A DNA stretch of 64,000 bases from positions 3,565,506 through 3,629,505 of the forward strand of contig OX638351.1 of NCBI GenBank assembly GCA_951813565.1. The letters run 5' to 3'. Origin of the DNA: an uncultured Poribacteria bacterium (GTDB lineage: Bacteria > Poribacteria > WGA-4E > WGA-3G). Below are positions 49,439 to 60,017 of the stretch, in pieces (positions within the stretch are counted from its first letter, which is position 1; each line of letters starts with the position of its first letter). The notes below the pieces were generated by a model. The model had not been told where the DNA came from. It searched no databases and saw only the letters and a program-made list of their open reading frames with translations. Both the position numbers and the translations under genes were made by a program.

Positions 49439-50833
49439 TTAGCTAATTTCCGATGCGCGTCTACTTAAAAACTTGCGTCCTACATTGACAACGTCCCCGG
49501 CACCGAGCGTGATAACCAAATCATTAGATTGTGTTATCTCCATTAGACGTTCAACTACCTCATCTATGTCAGACACGTAAATTACATGTGGATGTCCGTG
49601 TGCTTCTATCGCCCGAGCTAAGTTTTCCCCAGTCACGTTTTCTATTGGTTCTTCACCCGCACCATAGATTGATGTAACAATTAGAACATCTGCTTGATAA
49701 AATGATCGGCAGAACTCACCGGCTAAATCTCGAACACGCGCGTATCGATGAGGTTGAAAAACTGCCACAATTCGTCTGTTATAGCCTTCTCTGGCACCTT
49801 GCAGGGCTGCCATTAGTTTAGCAGGATTATGCGCGTAATCGTCAACTACAACTATATCATCAACAGTTCCCAACACTTCAAACCGGCGATGGACACCTTG
49901 AAAGGATTCAAGTGCGTCCCGAATCTTCTCAAACGGAATTTCTAACTCAAGACCTACTGCTATGGCAGCTAATGAGTTGGAAATATTGTGCCGCCCTGGC
50001 ATCTTAAGATGTATTTTGCCACAGACTGACCCATGATTCCGAACTTGATAGTGAGAAGTGGGTCCGTCAATCTTAATTTCCTCCGCAATCAAGTCTGCTC
50101 GGGTGTCAAGCCCGTATGTCACAAATTTCTTTTCAACCTCAGGAATGAGTTTTTGGATATTTTCTTGGTCAAGACACAAAACGGCAGTCCCATAAAAAGG
50201 AACTTTGTTGATAAAGGTTAAAAACGTCTTTCCGATCTCTTCCACGCTATCGTAATAATCCAAGTGATCAGCATCAACAGAGGTGACAACAGCTATAGTT
50301 GGATAAAACATTTCGATTGAACCGTATGCTTCATCTGCTTCTATTACCATTACATCGCCGTGTCCGCTGCGTGCGTTACTGCCATTGACTAACTTGCCTC
50401 CAACAACAACCGTTGGGTCAAGCGTTGTCAGCACGGCTGCGGTCATTGCTGTTGTCGTGGTTTTCCCATGGGTGCCGCTAACTGCTATGCTGTACCGCAT
50501 CCGTGTAATTTCATTTAGCATTTCTGCTCCCCTTACAACAGGGATTTGTGCAGAAATTGCGGCTTTCAGCTCTGGATTGTTCTCAGGAATGGCTGGCGAC
50601 ATGACGACTACGTCTGCCCCGTTAACTTGGGAGGCTGCATGACCGTACCAAATTTTAGCACCACAAGTTTTGAGATGTTCAGTTGTTGCTGACTTTTGTA
50701 TGTCTGAACCAGTAACGTCAAAATCAAGGTTAAGAAGGACCTCTGCAATTCCGCTTAAGCCAGCTCCACCTATGCCTATAATATGGATATGTTGTATTTT
50801 ACCAAACAACGCCAACCTCCAGCACAAAACCAA
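49439..50833 (-). CDS. murC: UDP-N-acetylmuramate--L-alanine ligase
   Basis: IHIIGIGGAGLSGIAEVLL and GTHGKTTTT Mur-ligase motifs. Position in the dcw cluster. Confidence 0.85.
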   Translation of the reverse strand: MVLCWRLALFGKIQHIHIIGIGGAGLSGIAEVLLNLDFDVTGSDIQKSATTEHLKTCGAKIWYGHAASQVNGADVVVMSPAIPENNPELKAAISAQIPVVRGAEMLNEITRMRYSIAVSGTHGKTTTTAMTAAVLTTLDPTVVVGGKLVNGSNARSGHGDVMVIEADEAYGSIEMFYPTIAVVTSVDADHLDYYDSVEEIGKTFLTFINKVPFYGTAVLCLDQENIQKLIPEVEKKFVTYGLDTRADLIAEEIKIDGPTSHYQVRNHGSVCGKIHLKMPGRHNISNSLAAIAVGLELEIPFEKIRDALESFQGVHRRFEVLGTVDDIVVVDDYAHNPAKLMAALQGAREGYNRRIVAVFQPHRYARVRDLAGEFCRSFYQADVLIVTSIYGAGEEPIENVTGENLARAIEAHGHPHVIYVSDIDEVVERLMEITQSNDLVITLGAGDVVNVGRKFLSRRASEIS

Positions 50834-50859
50834 ATTAAATCAGGAATACGTTTGTTTTT

Positions 50860-52140
50860 TTATATTTCTGTAGCAGATGCAAGTTTAAAAATTGACTCTG
50901 CAATTGTATCGCTCGCATAAGGACGACCAAGTTCCTTGCTTGCCACCTTCATTTGTCCATAGATTTTTTCATCTGTAATTATACGAATTAATTCTTTCAC
51001 AAGAATCTCAGGGTTTAATTCTTCCTGCTCAAGAACGACAGCAGCACCTGCATTAGCAACTGTTTCTGCATTGCGAACTTGATTATTACCTACGGCAGCA
51101 GGTAAAGGAATAAAGATTGCCGGAATACCGCAAGCGGTAACTTCAGACACTGTCATTCCGCCTGCCCGACAAATCATCACATCCGCAATACTATATATTT
51201 CTTCAATCGGATCAAAGAACGGTTGAACATGATGTGGTATGCCGTGCTGTGCGTAAGCTGCATGTACTTGTTCCACATCTGTTTTTCCTGTTTGATGTAC
51301 GATTTGGAGTACGAACGTGCTAAAATCATCAAGTTTGACAGGACTTACGCCTTCTGTTTCTGGTAAAAGAGACCCGGCAAATTTTGCTATTAATGGGCTT
51401 GCATCTATCATCGCTTGATTAACTGCACGAGCACCTTGACTACCTCCCATCACAAACACCGTTTTACGATTTGCACATAATTTATATTTTTGGTAGGTTT
51501 CGTCAGCACGCGGATAATCTGTTATGCCAAGACGAATCGGGTTACCTGCTACCTCTACAATATGATTAGGAAATCGTTGGGTATCCGGTGGTAATGCAAG
51601 GTACGCTGCTTTAGCACAACGTGCCAGCATGCTGTTTGTCAAACCAGGAGATACGTTCTGTTCCTGTATCGCTATCGGAATTCTGAGCATCCACGCGGCA
51701 AATAGGACAGGCCCAGACACATATCCGCCTGTTCCAATAACGACGTCTGGCCGGAATTTTCTAAGATATTTCAACGACTGGACAAGCCCTTGAAAGACTT
51801 TTATGAGAACCGGAAACCATTTCCGCGTCAAGCTGCGTGGAAATCCTTCAACGGAAATGGGTAGAAACCGAAAACCCTGTTGTGGAACAAGTGTTGATTC
51901 TAAACGATCTCGTCCACCAATAAAAACAATATCTACCTCTGGATTAAAACGTTGAAGCGCCTGGGCAATACCAATGGCGGGATAGATATGCCCGCCTGTG
52001 CCACCTCCGGCGAGGACGAATCGCTTCTCGTTTTTTCCACGATTAATGTATTCTCTGGCAACGTCTTTCCGATTGTGTCGTATCTTTTGCTTTTTCACAT
52101 TCAACTTATTCCACTGTTTTTGGAGGTGACCGTGTGGCAC
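50860..52140 (-). CDS. murG: UDP-GlcNAc:undecaprenyl-PP-MurNAc-pentapeptide GlcNAc transferase MurG (ORF as drawn has a basic N-terminal extension overlapping ftsW, so the true start is probably downstream)
   Basis: GGTGGHIYPAIGIAQAL glycosyltransferase-28 motif. About 40 extra N-terminal residues overlap the ftsW 3-prime end by 35 nt. Confidence 0.8.
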   Translation of the reverse strand: MPHGHLQKQWNKLNVKKQKIRHNRKDVAREYINRGKNEKRFVLAGGGTGGHIYPAIGIAQALQRFNPEVDIVFIGGRDRLESTLVPQQGFRFLPISVEGFPRSLTRKWFPVLIKVFQGLVQSLKYLRKFRPDVVIGTGGYVSGPVLFAAWMLRIPIAIQEQNVSPGLTNSMLARCAKAAYLALPPDTQRFPNHIVEVAGNPIRLGITDYPRADETYQKYKLCANRKTVFVMGGSQGARAVNQAMIDASPLIAKFAGSLLPETEGVSPVKLDDFSTFVLQIVHQTGKTDVEQVHAAYAQHGIPHHVQPFFDPIEEIYSIADVMICRAGGMTVSEVTACGIPAIFIPLPAAVGNNQVRNAETVANAGAAVVLEQEELNPEILVKELIRIITDEKIYGQMKVASKELGRPYASDTIAESIFKLASATEI

Positions 52141-53305
52141 TTCGAGAAATGTTCAAAAGCATACCCACACTTACCAAACTGATTACAAGAGATGAACCAC
52201 CATAACTGAGAAAGGGAAGGGTGATACCTTTTGTCGGTAGTACCCCTGTTACAACACCGATATTGATGAATGCTTGTAGTCCGATTATTATCGTAAGTCC
52301 GGTTGCAAACAGCGCGCCGAACCGGTTTTCTGTGCGTCTTGCGATTGAAATGCCACGCCATACAAATATCATTATTATTATTGTAACACTTGCCGTGCCG
52401 ACGAATCCGAACTCTTCACCCAATACTGAAAAGATAAAATCTGTATGTGGATAGGGCAGGTAATTTATTTTCGCTACGCTGTCATCAATTCCAACTCCAA
52501 ATAAGCCGCCCCATTTAAGTGCATCAAGTGAACGTCCCAACTGAAAACTGGTGGCTTCTGGAGATTGCAAGGATGCCCAATAATCGGTTAACCGCGTTAA
52601 TCGGTACGGATCTCTGATAATAAATCCTGTCAATAATGCACCCCCAATTCCTATTAACATAAATGTGTGCGATAAACGAATTCCTCCTATGAACAGGAGG
52701 CTGCCTGCTGTTGCAGCTAATAGGACAGCTGAACCAAAATCTGGTTGTTTGGCAACTAATCCAAACATCAATCCGATAATCAGGATATTTGGTAGAACTC
52801 CATTGAAGAGATTTTTAATACGTTCCGGGTTCCGTGCCAAAAAATGTGCCGTATGAATAATTAAGGCGATCTTTGCAAACTCAACTGGCTGGAATTGAAC
52901 ACCTGCTACGGCGATCCATCGGCTAAACCTACCACCTTCCGCTCCTTGCACACTGGTACCTAACGGTGTAAAAACCAAGATCAGCAGGCCAAAAGCCAGA
53001 AATAGTAGTATGTTACTATACTTCTCATAAAACCGATACGGGATATATGAAGTAATACCCATTCCGACTAAACCTATCACACAAGCAATCGCTTGGATTT
53101 TTAAGTAATGGTAACTGTGTCCATACTGTTTGGCAGACAACACATGCCCAGCACTATAGACCATCAAGATACCAATTCCAACCAAGCAGAGCGTAACAGC
53201 AAGTAAACCGGTGTCTACTCTGCCAAGACCCGTAATTTGAGACTGTTCCTGATCAGATGGAAGAATGGTCGGATTCGCGTAGTTAAGGGTGTTTTGATTT
53301 TGCAT
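52106..53305 (-). CDS. ftsW: Peptidoglycan glycosyltransferase FtsW (SEDS family)
   Basis: 10-TM SEDS pattern. Position between murD and murG. Confidence 0.8.
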   Translation of the reverse strand: MQNQNTLNYANPTILPSDQEQSQITGLGRVDTGLLAVTLCLVGIGILMVYSAGHVLSAKQYGHSYHYLKIQAIACVIGLVGMGITSYIPYRFYEKYSNILLFLAFGLLILVFTPLGTSVQGAEGGRFSRWIAVAGVQFQPVEFAKIALIIHTAHFLARNPERIKNLFNGVLPNILIIGLMFGLVAKQPDFGSAVLLAATAGSLLFIGGIRLSHTFMLIGIGGALLTGFIIRDPYRLTRLTDYWASLQSPEATSFQLGRSLDALKWGGLFGVGIDDSVAKINYLPYPHTDFIFSVLGEEFGFVGTASVTIIIMIFVWRGISIARRTENRFGALFATGLTIIIGLQAFINIGVVTGVLPTKGITLPFLSYGGSSLVISLVSVGMLLNISRSATRSPPKTVE

Positions 53306-53378
53306 AAGTCGTCAAAAATGTGGGATATACTCATTAAGCAAGTAATTCCCAAATAAACAGTATAATTCGGAAACAGTA

Positions 53379-54887
53379 TTATCTGTCACAGGTAGATTTT
53401 TCTTGATCTGATGATTTATAAGATTTGAGCGAATTTACAGCGTTTTTAAATGCCTCTCCGCGTTCTTTGTAATCCGTGTACATATCAAAACTTGCATTTG
53501 ATGGTGATAAAAGGACGATGTCCCCTGACGTAGCATGTGTATAAGCAAACTCAACTGCCGCTTCCATTGTTGCAGTATGATGCATATCGGCACAACCAGC
53601 GAACGTTTTTTGAATGTTGTGCGTATGTTCTCCGAGCATTACTAAACTTTTAACTTTCGTGCGAACAAGTTCAATAAGTGGCCCATAGTCGTTTCCTTTA
53701 TCAAATCCACCTATGATTAAAAAAACTCGTTTGGGGTCTTTGCCATGTTCGGCCGTTTTTTCCACTGATTCAAGGGCAGCACATGTTGCTAGGACGTTTG
53801 TAGCCTTAGAATCGTTTACATAATCTACACCGTTGACAACACTCACCTTTTCAAAAGCGTGTTCAAAAGCAGGATGTATCCGATTAAATTTGAGAATAGC
53901 CTTACACATATCCGCAGGCGTTACGTCGAAGATAGTTCCAACAACTACAGCTGCAAGCACGTTGCGGATATTATGTGCCCCTGCTAACGGTATATCTGTC
54001 GTATTACAAATCCAATGTTCTTGATTGTTTTTATAGGTATAAATACCAATGTTGTTTGCGTTGTTTTGTAATCTTGCTCCTGCTCCGTTGTCTAATTTAC
54101 GGGACAACACTTCCGAGTTCTCATCTTTATTAGAAAGATTATCTGTAAAAAATGCTTTTTTTGCTGCGGTGGCATGCGCGAAACACTTAGCAGTCGCGTC
54201 GTCGGCATTTAGCACTATCCATTCCGAATTCGTCTGGTTTACACATATTTTTAGTTTCGCATTTAAATACGATTCCATCGTGCCGTGGCGATCAAGATGG
54301 TCACGAGAAAAATTCAGCATTACACTAACTACTGGCTGAAAAGTAAAGGTGCTCTCCAATTGGAAACTACTTGCCTCTACCACTGCAACATCCTTACGGG
54401 TTAATGTTGCTACATTACTTGCTAACGGAACACCGATGTTTCCTGCCACGACCACATCAGAAAAAAGGTTACTTGCTTCTAAAATTGCCGCAGTCAAAAG
54501 CGTTGTTGTTGACTTGCCTTTTGTGCCTGTAATTGCTACGATGCGTCCATCACATAGACTTGCCGAAACTTCTAATTCACCTAAAATTGGAATGCTTCTG
54601 TTTTTCGCCTCAACTAATATAGGAATGTCCAAGGGTACCCCAGGTGAAACAACAACTAATTCCGTATTAGCAATACAGGATTCTTCATGTCCGCCAAGGT
54701 AAAACTGAATCTGCATCCCATCTAATTGCGAGATTTCGGCAGACAAAACGTCTGCATCGCGTGTATCTGTAAGAGAGATGCTTGCACCGAGATCATAAAG
54801 TAACTTTGCAATTGCGATACCACTTCGATTTGCGCCAAAAATGGTGATCCGTTTGCCAGAAAAGCGGTTCAAATTCGAACGTTTCAA
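53379..54887 (-). CDS. murD: UDP-N-acetylmuramoylalanine--D-glutamate ligase
   Basis: N-terminal Rossmann fold and ITGTKGKSTT P-loop. Position in the cluster. Confidence 0.8.
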   Translation of the reverse strand: MKRSNLNRFSGKRITIFGANRSGIAIAKLLYDLGASISLTDTRDADVLSAEISQLDGMQIQFYLGGHEESCIANTELVVVSPGVPLDIPILVEAKNRSIPILGELEVSASLCDGRIVAITGTKGKSTTTLLTAAILEASNLFSDVVVAGNIGVPLASNVATLTRKDVAVVEASSFQLESTFTFQPVVSVMLNFSRDHLDRHGTMESYLNAKLKICVNQTNSEWIVLNADDATAKCFAHATAAKKAFFTDNLSNKDENSEVLSRKLDNGAGARLQNNANNIGIYTYKNNQEHWICNTTDIPLAGAHNIRNVLAAVVVGTIFDVTPADMCKAILKFNRIHPAFEHAFEKVSVVNGVDYVNDSKATNVLATCAALESVEKTAEHGKDPKRVFLIIGGFDKGNDYGPLIELVRTKVKSLVMLGEHTHNIQKTFAGCADMHHTATMEAAVEFAYTHATSGDIVLLSPSNASFDMYTDYKERGEAFKNAVNSLKSYKSSDQEKSTCDR

Positions 54888-54943
54888 ACATTTACCTCAA
54901 CCGAAGGATTTAAAGATCAGGACATTTTGCGCGGCAGACACAC

Positions 54944-56062
54944 CTATCCCAGTCTTAGCGTACTTAATGCTATTAACATTAAAATAAGCGCAACAATCCA
55001 AAAACGTATAACTACTTTCGATTCTTTCCAACCGGAAAGTAGGAAATGATAATGGAGGGGCGACATCTTGATAACCCGTTTTCCAAAAGTTCTATATGAC
55101 CAAACTTGTACAATGACAGACAATGTTTCTGCCACAAAAATACCGCCAACAATGATAAGGAGAAATTCCTGTTTTATTAACAGGGCACAAGTTCCAAGCG
55201 TTGCACCAAGCGGCAAAGAACCGGTATCTCCCATAAACAGTTGGGCAGGATGCCCATTGTACCATAAAAAACCCAATCCTGCTCCTACTAACGATGCACA
55301 GAAAATCGCTGTAACTTCTCCACCGACTGGGAGGTGAAAAAGGTTAAGATGTTCCGCTATGACAGTATGGCTTGTCATATACCCCAGTGCTCCAATAGTA
55401 CCTGCTACGAATAGCGTACAACCGATTGCTAAGCCGTCCATACCGTCCGTTAGATTCACAGCATTTGAAGTGCCGACAAGTACTAAAGTTGCAAAAGGAA
55501 TAAAGAAAATTCCCAAATTGGGTTGTACGTTTTTGAAAAATGGAAGATTTAGGGCAGTACGGGTTGTCGTATCATTTGCTTCAATAGGTCCCCATTGGTA
55601 AAGATAACATGCAATCGCCAAGGCACCGACAGTTTGCAGCACAATTTTCTGCCAACCTCGAAGACCAAGTGACTGTTTTTTGCTAATTTTACACATATCA
55701 TCTAAAAAACCGAGCCCCCCAAACCAGAGTGTCGTGAAGATCATTAGATAAATATAGGGTTGATCAAACTTCGCCCAAAAAACAATGGATATAAGTACCG
55801 CAACGATAATAAGGATACCACCCATTGTTGGGGTGCCTGCTTTGCTTTGATCTTCATTATGCTGCTGCGCTTTTTCTACCTCTTCTTGAATATGTTCACC
55901 TATTCGCAACTGCTTCAACCGCTTTATCATAAACGGTCCTAAAACAAGTGAAATGGCGAGGGCTGTAGCTGTTGCATAGACTGCACGAAAACTAATTGAA
56001 CTAAAAATACTGAAGGGCTGAAATATGCTAACAAGATTTTCAAAAAACAGATGATAAAACAT
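54944..56062 (-). CDS. mraY: Phospho-N-acetylmuramoyl-pentapeptide transferase
   Basis: Multi-TM protein. Conserved MraY HYHF-type block (SPLHYHFLLSGW). Confidence 0.85.
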   Translation of the reverse strand: MFYHLFFENLVSIFQPFSIFSSISFRAVYATATALAISLVLGPFMIKRLKQLRIGEHIQEEVEKAQQHNEDQSKAGTPTMGGILIIVAVLISIVFWAKFDQPYIYLMIFTTLWFGGLGFLDDMCKISKKQSLGLRGWQKIVLQTVGALAIACYLYQWGPIEANDTTTRTALNLPFFKNVQPNLGIFFIPFATLVLVGTSNAVNLTDGMDGLAIGCTLFVAGTIGALGYMTSHTVIAEHLNLFHLPVGGEVTAIFCASLVGAGLGFLWYNGHPAQLFMGDTGSLPLGATLGTCALLIKQEFLLIIVGGIFVAETLSVIVQVWSYRTFGKRVIKMSPLHYHFLLSGWKESKVVIRFWIVALILMLIALSTLRLG

Positions 56063-56199
56063 TTTCTATGCTTCTTTGCTATATTCCGTAGGATGGTGCA
56101 TGTTATTGCTGAGCTGTAATCAAAAACCTGAATAAATGATATGGGAATAGTTGAATGCTGCTATTGTGACCACCCAATTATAAAAAGTATCAAGCAAAC

Positions 56200-57420
56200 T
56201 TACCCAGTTTCCTCTGATTCTAAATTGTCGGTTTTCAATTTTGCAAAACTTGCCCCTGCTTGACTTAACAAATTTGTTGAATAAGAATAGATTAAGCGAT
56301 TTTTCTCATGGTGCGTTTCTAATGCAAGGTCAACCAATTGCGACACTAATTCTGGGAATGGAATTCCGGCCGGTTCCCATAAGTAGAAACTGAAAGAACC
56401 AGGGATAGTGTTGATCTCATTCACGTATACCTGCTCTTCATCACTCACCAAGAAATCTATTCGGGCAATCCCCGCACAGTCAAGCACTTGAAAAGCCAAG
56501 GTAGCAAGGTTTTGAATATGTAACGTCAATTCTTCTGGAATGGGTGCAGGAATTTCACGCTGTGCTCCCGCCATACCAGAGGAGACATCAGGAGCATCTT
56601 CACTTTCCGAATTTTGATGGATATATTTATCGTCAAAACTGAGGAAATCCGTACTGGCGATCGGTTGTTCGCAGACCGAGGGGGTCGGCGTATGTGTTCC
56701 CATCACCGAGCAATTTATTTCAAAACCGTTTTCAATACCCTGCTCAACGACGATACGTCGGTAATACCGGCATGCAAGTTCAATCGCATCCCGAAGTTCG
56801 TCCTCATCTCTCGCTTGACTGACACCGATACTTGACCCACTCACTGCCGGTTTAACGTATACTGGAAAGGACATCTTTTCCTTAATTATTGCAAGAACGT
56901 CGTTGCTTGCTGAATCCCAATTGTGTTTCGTGAACGGAACGTAAGGCAGGATCGGAAGCTCATTCTCACTGAGAACTGCTTTCATCATGATTTTGTCCAT
57001 GCCGACACCAGAGCCGACAACACTCGCGCCAACGTAAGGTATATCCATCAGCTCAAGAAACCCTTGAAGAGAACCATCTTCGCCATGTACACCGTGAATT
57101 GCGGGAAACACGACATCAATAGGAAGTTCCTTCTTTTTGCTGAACAAACCGCTACGTTTTGGTAGAACACTAAATTTTGCATGTGTTTCAAATTCAACGC
57201 TAACTGTGTCAAAATCAGATGTACGCGGTAAATTTCCTTCGGTGAATGTGTTCAGTTCCTTGAGTTTATCGCCTGTTAACCATGCGCCCTCTTTTGTTAT
57301 ATAAATTGGGATAACTTCGTGCGTTTCTGCTAATGCAGCGTTAACCTGATGTGCAGTAACGATGGATACTTCGTGTTCAGGCGATCTACCACCGAATATC
57401 AAAGCTACGTTCATGTTCAT
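56200..57420 (-). CDS. ddl: D-alanine--D-alanine ligase (start set at the internal MNMNV...; the ORF extends to 57495)
   Basis: ALIFGGRSPEHEVS and EINTIPG ATP-grasp Ddl motifs. An AAGGA Shine-Dalgarno site lies before the internal Met codons. Confidence 0.75.
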   Translation of the reverse strand: MNMNVALIFGGRSPEHEVSIVTAHQVNAALAETHEVIPIYITKEGAWLTGDKLKELNTFTEGNLPRTSDFDTVSVEFETHAKFSVLPKRSGLFSKKKELPIDVVFPAIHGVHGEDGSLQGFLELMDIPYVGASVVGSGVGMDKIMMKAVLSENELPILPYVPFTKHNWDSASNDVLAIIKEKMSFPVYVKPAVSGSSIGVSQARDEDELRDAIELACRYYRRIVVEQGIENGFEINCSVMGTHTPTPSVCEQPIASTDFLSFDDKYIHQNSESEDAPDVSSGMAGAQREIPAPIPEELTLHIQNLATLAFQVLDCAGIARIDFLVSDEEQVYVNEINTIPGSFSFYLWEPAGIPFPELVSQLVDLALETHHEKNRLIYSYSTNLLSQAGASFAKLKTDNLESEETG

Positions 57421-57561
57421 TTCCTTGTAAAGAGCATAAATTGACACCCGCTCTAAGGCAAAGGTGTTATTTATGTTATAATGTTGAAAATCCAATATCC
57501 TTATTACTATTACAATTTGTCAAAAAATTTACGACAAGATGCTGACCTTTATTCAGGTGTG

Positions 57562-59211
57562 TTAGAAAACTTCATTATAATTGTCTGGTAAATCATTCTC
57601 AAAAAGGACTACATCACCCGGTTTCAAATGTTTTGCAAGTTGTTGCTGTGCTTCAGCGAGGTCCTTCGCAACATAAACCTGTTGTTCAGGATAGTTTGCG
57701 GTTTTGAGTCCATCTAAAATCGGAGCAGTTCTTGCCGGACCAACAAGGATAACGAAGTCACATACCTTAGCTGCTTCCGAGCCGAACTGCATGTTTTCAT
57801 CGTATTCGCGTTCGCCAAGTTCCACCATACCTGGCGTAACTAAAACCTTTTTCCCATCTTTATCGCTTACAAAATCAGTGAGCACCTCAAGTGCCGCTTT
57901 CGCCCCTTCAGGATTTGCGTTGAAACTGTCGTCAATTACAGTTACACCGGAGCCTCCAGCTATCAGCTGCAAACGGTGTGGAACTGGTTCTAATGCTTCA
58001 AGTGCTTCTCGAATTTCGTTCAATGTCATCCCACATTGCAGTGAGACACCAATAGCAGCGAGGATATTTGAGACATTATGCTTTCCAAGGAGTCGGGTTG
58101 TGATTTCGGTTGTGCCCGCCACCTCGTCAATTACAGCAAAAGTCAGTCCTCTATCACTCTGTTTAATATTGTGTGCTCTCAACCTCAAAGATGATGTATT
58201 CTCAACTCCATTTGATTCTACACCGTATCGTATAACAGGGACACTATCGGTTTTGTCTGCCAACGCTGCACAAATTTCATTGTCCGTATTAATAACTGCA
58301 AGACCATTCGGAGGTAACGCTTCGATTAACTCATACTTTGCGCGGGCAGTATTTTCAATACTTTTGAACCGTTCTAAATGTTGGGGACCCACAGCAGTGA
58401 GTATCCCTACTTCCGGTGGCGCAAGATGACATAGTTCGCGAATATCGCCACGTTTATACGCGCCCATTTCAACGATAAAATATTCATGTTTCGGCAATAA
58501 ATCTCCTCTGATGACCTTACAAATACCCATCGGCGTATTATAACTATCTGGAGTCATTAACGTGTTATATTTTTTTGATAAAATCTGATGGAGAATATAT
58601 TTGGTGCTTGTTTTTCCGTAGCTTCCAGTAATTCCGATGATTTTTGGCTGAAGGGTTTTGATACGTTTCCGTGCGTCGCGTAAATAGACTCCGTTTATTA
58701 ATTGCTCTAATGGCCAAATTAAAAAACTGCTCACTATAAGAATAGGTACCGTGAGTTCACTAAACAGAAATAGGCTTATACGCCATCGGTTTTCTCCTAC
58801 AGAAAACACGAGTACTGCCGCAAGGACAGCAAGTAATGCAAGTGCCAATCCAAAAAGTCGTTTTGCGCGGGCAGTATAAACAAGTGGTTTTTTTGCTGCA
58901 GACTTCTTACGCCATACAATCTTATAAACTTGGAACGCTATCCAGATTGAACAAGCAGCGAGAAAAAACCAATTGGTCTGAATATTAGAAAAAACAGACG
59001 CAATCGTTAGGAAACCCACGATCACAACTACCTCTATGATTTCAAAGCAGTTTTTAATGTGTGTCAAAACCCATTTCAGGTAACGTCCGGGTTTATAACC
59101 ATCAAGTTGTAGTATATGTAGTCCGCGGCTTGTCCGAATAACAGCTCTAATAAAACAAGCGACAATAAGAATATAAAAAAGGACTATGCTAACCATTTCT
59201 AACATGTTCAT
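57562..59211 (-). CDS. murF: UDP-MurNAc-tripeptide--D-alanyl-D-alanine ligase MurF fused to an N-terminal domain of about 180 aa with five predicted TM helices
   Basis: Mur ligase P-loop GITGSYGKTSTK at about aa 190. MurF-specific DDSFNANP and GMVELGE motifs. The N-terminal 180 aa are five hydrophobic helices in the same frame, with no stop. Confidence 0.75.
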   Translation of the reverse strand: MNMLEMVSIVLFYILIVACFIRAVIRTSRGLHILQLDGYKPGRYLKWVLTHIKNCFEIIEVVVIVGFLTIASVFSNIQTNWFFLAACSIWIAFQVYKIVWRKKSAAKKPLVYTARAKRLFGLALALLAVLAAVLVFSVGENRWRISLFLFSELTVPILIVSSFLIWPLEQLINGVYLRDARKRIKTLQPKIIGITGSYGKTSTKYILHQILSKKYNTLMTPDSYNTPMGICKVIRGDLLPKHEYFIVEMGAYKRGDIRELCHLAPPEVGILTAVGPQHLERFKSIENTARAKYELIEALPPNGLAVINTDNEICAALADKTDSVPVIRYGVESNGVENTSSLRLRAHNIKQSDRGLTFAVIDEVAGTTEITTRLLGKHNVSNILAAIGVSLQCGMTLNEIREALEALEPVPHRLQLIAGGSGVTVIDDSFNANPEGAKAALEVLTDFVSDKDGKKVLVTPGMVELGEREYDENMQFGSEAAKVCDFVILVGPARTAPILDGLKTANYPEQQVYVAKDLAEAQQQLAKHLKPGDVVLFENDLPDNYNEVF

Positions 59212-59468
59212 AATCTCTCATAAATCATTTATTTATACAGCGGATAGTAAATAGCAAAAACGCAATGAATCTTGCTGCTACGAAATACTTTTAGCAGCGA
59301 CATTATTCATTGCGCCATCACATGCAATTTAGATTGAACAACTACGGGTGTGTAAATATTTGGTTACATAGGTTCAATTTGCAATGATTACGCGGCGTTT
59401 TCCACTGTAGAGCGGGGTCCCTGTGCCTCATAGCCGTCAATTTAAGGATATACCCTCTTGTGGGAGTG

Positions 59469-59606
59469 AATCAACGCAGCATGCGCGTCCGGCATGCTGC
59501 CAAATCAACGCCAAATGCGCTTTTTGGCATTTGTCCAAATCAACGCAGCATGCGCGTCCGGCATGCTGCCAAATCAACGCCAAATGCGCTTTTTGGCATT
59601 TGTCGG
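59469..59606. repeat. 69-bp tandem duplication, each unit with two hairpins (GCAGCATGC-N7-GCATGCTGC and CAAATGC-N-GCATTTG)
   Basis: Units at 59469-59537 and 59538-59606 are identical. Lies inside the 800-bp murF-upstream spacer, which is filled with palindromic repeat modules out to 59930. Confidence 0.8.
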
Positions 59607-60017
59607 GTTTTCAACCCCGATAAATACATATAAATCGGGCTTATAAAGCCCTCCCACAAGAGGCAATCTGGTAATTGTGTGCTTAAATTGACGCCTATGG
59701 GCGGGGTCCCTGTGCCCCGCCACTACGCAGGACGTGCCATGCAACGGGCAGGCACCAAATCAAGAAATCAACGGTATGAACCATGGCGAATGCCATACGG
59801 GGAATGCCAGCAGGCATTCATACCGTTGATTTGGCGCATTCGTCTTTAGTCATTCACCGGGTCCGAATGCCTTTTGGCATTCCCCGGAGACCCGCCCCTA
59901 CAATAGGAGTTGTGCGGATTTCTACAAAAACTTTACACACCCAACAACTACAGAATCTGATATTCCGTTCTCAGTCAGATTATTTTTTTGGCAAAACTTG
60001 CCATCGGTTCCAGTTGT

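Noticed and set aside
50860-52140. N-terminal extensions on MurG (about 40 aa, overlapping ftsW) and Ddl (about 25 aa) as possible novel domains
   Set aside because: The extensions are basic or low-complexity, overlap the upstream gene, and internal start codons with Shine-Dalgarno-like sequences exist. They most likely come from over-extended ORF calls rather than real domains.
59469-59606. Possible CRISPR-like repeat
   Set aside because: It is a perfect two-unit tandem duplication without spacers and there are no cas genes in the window.
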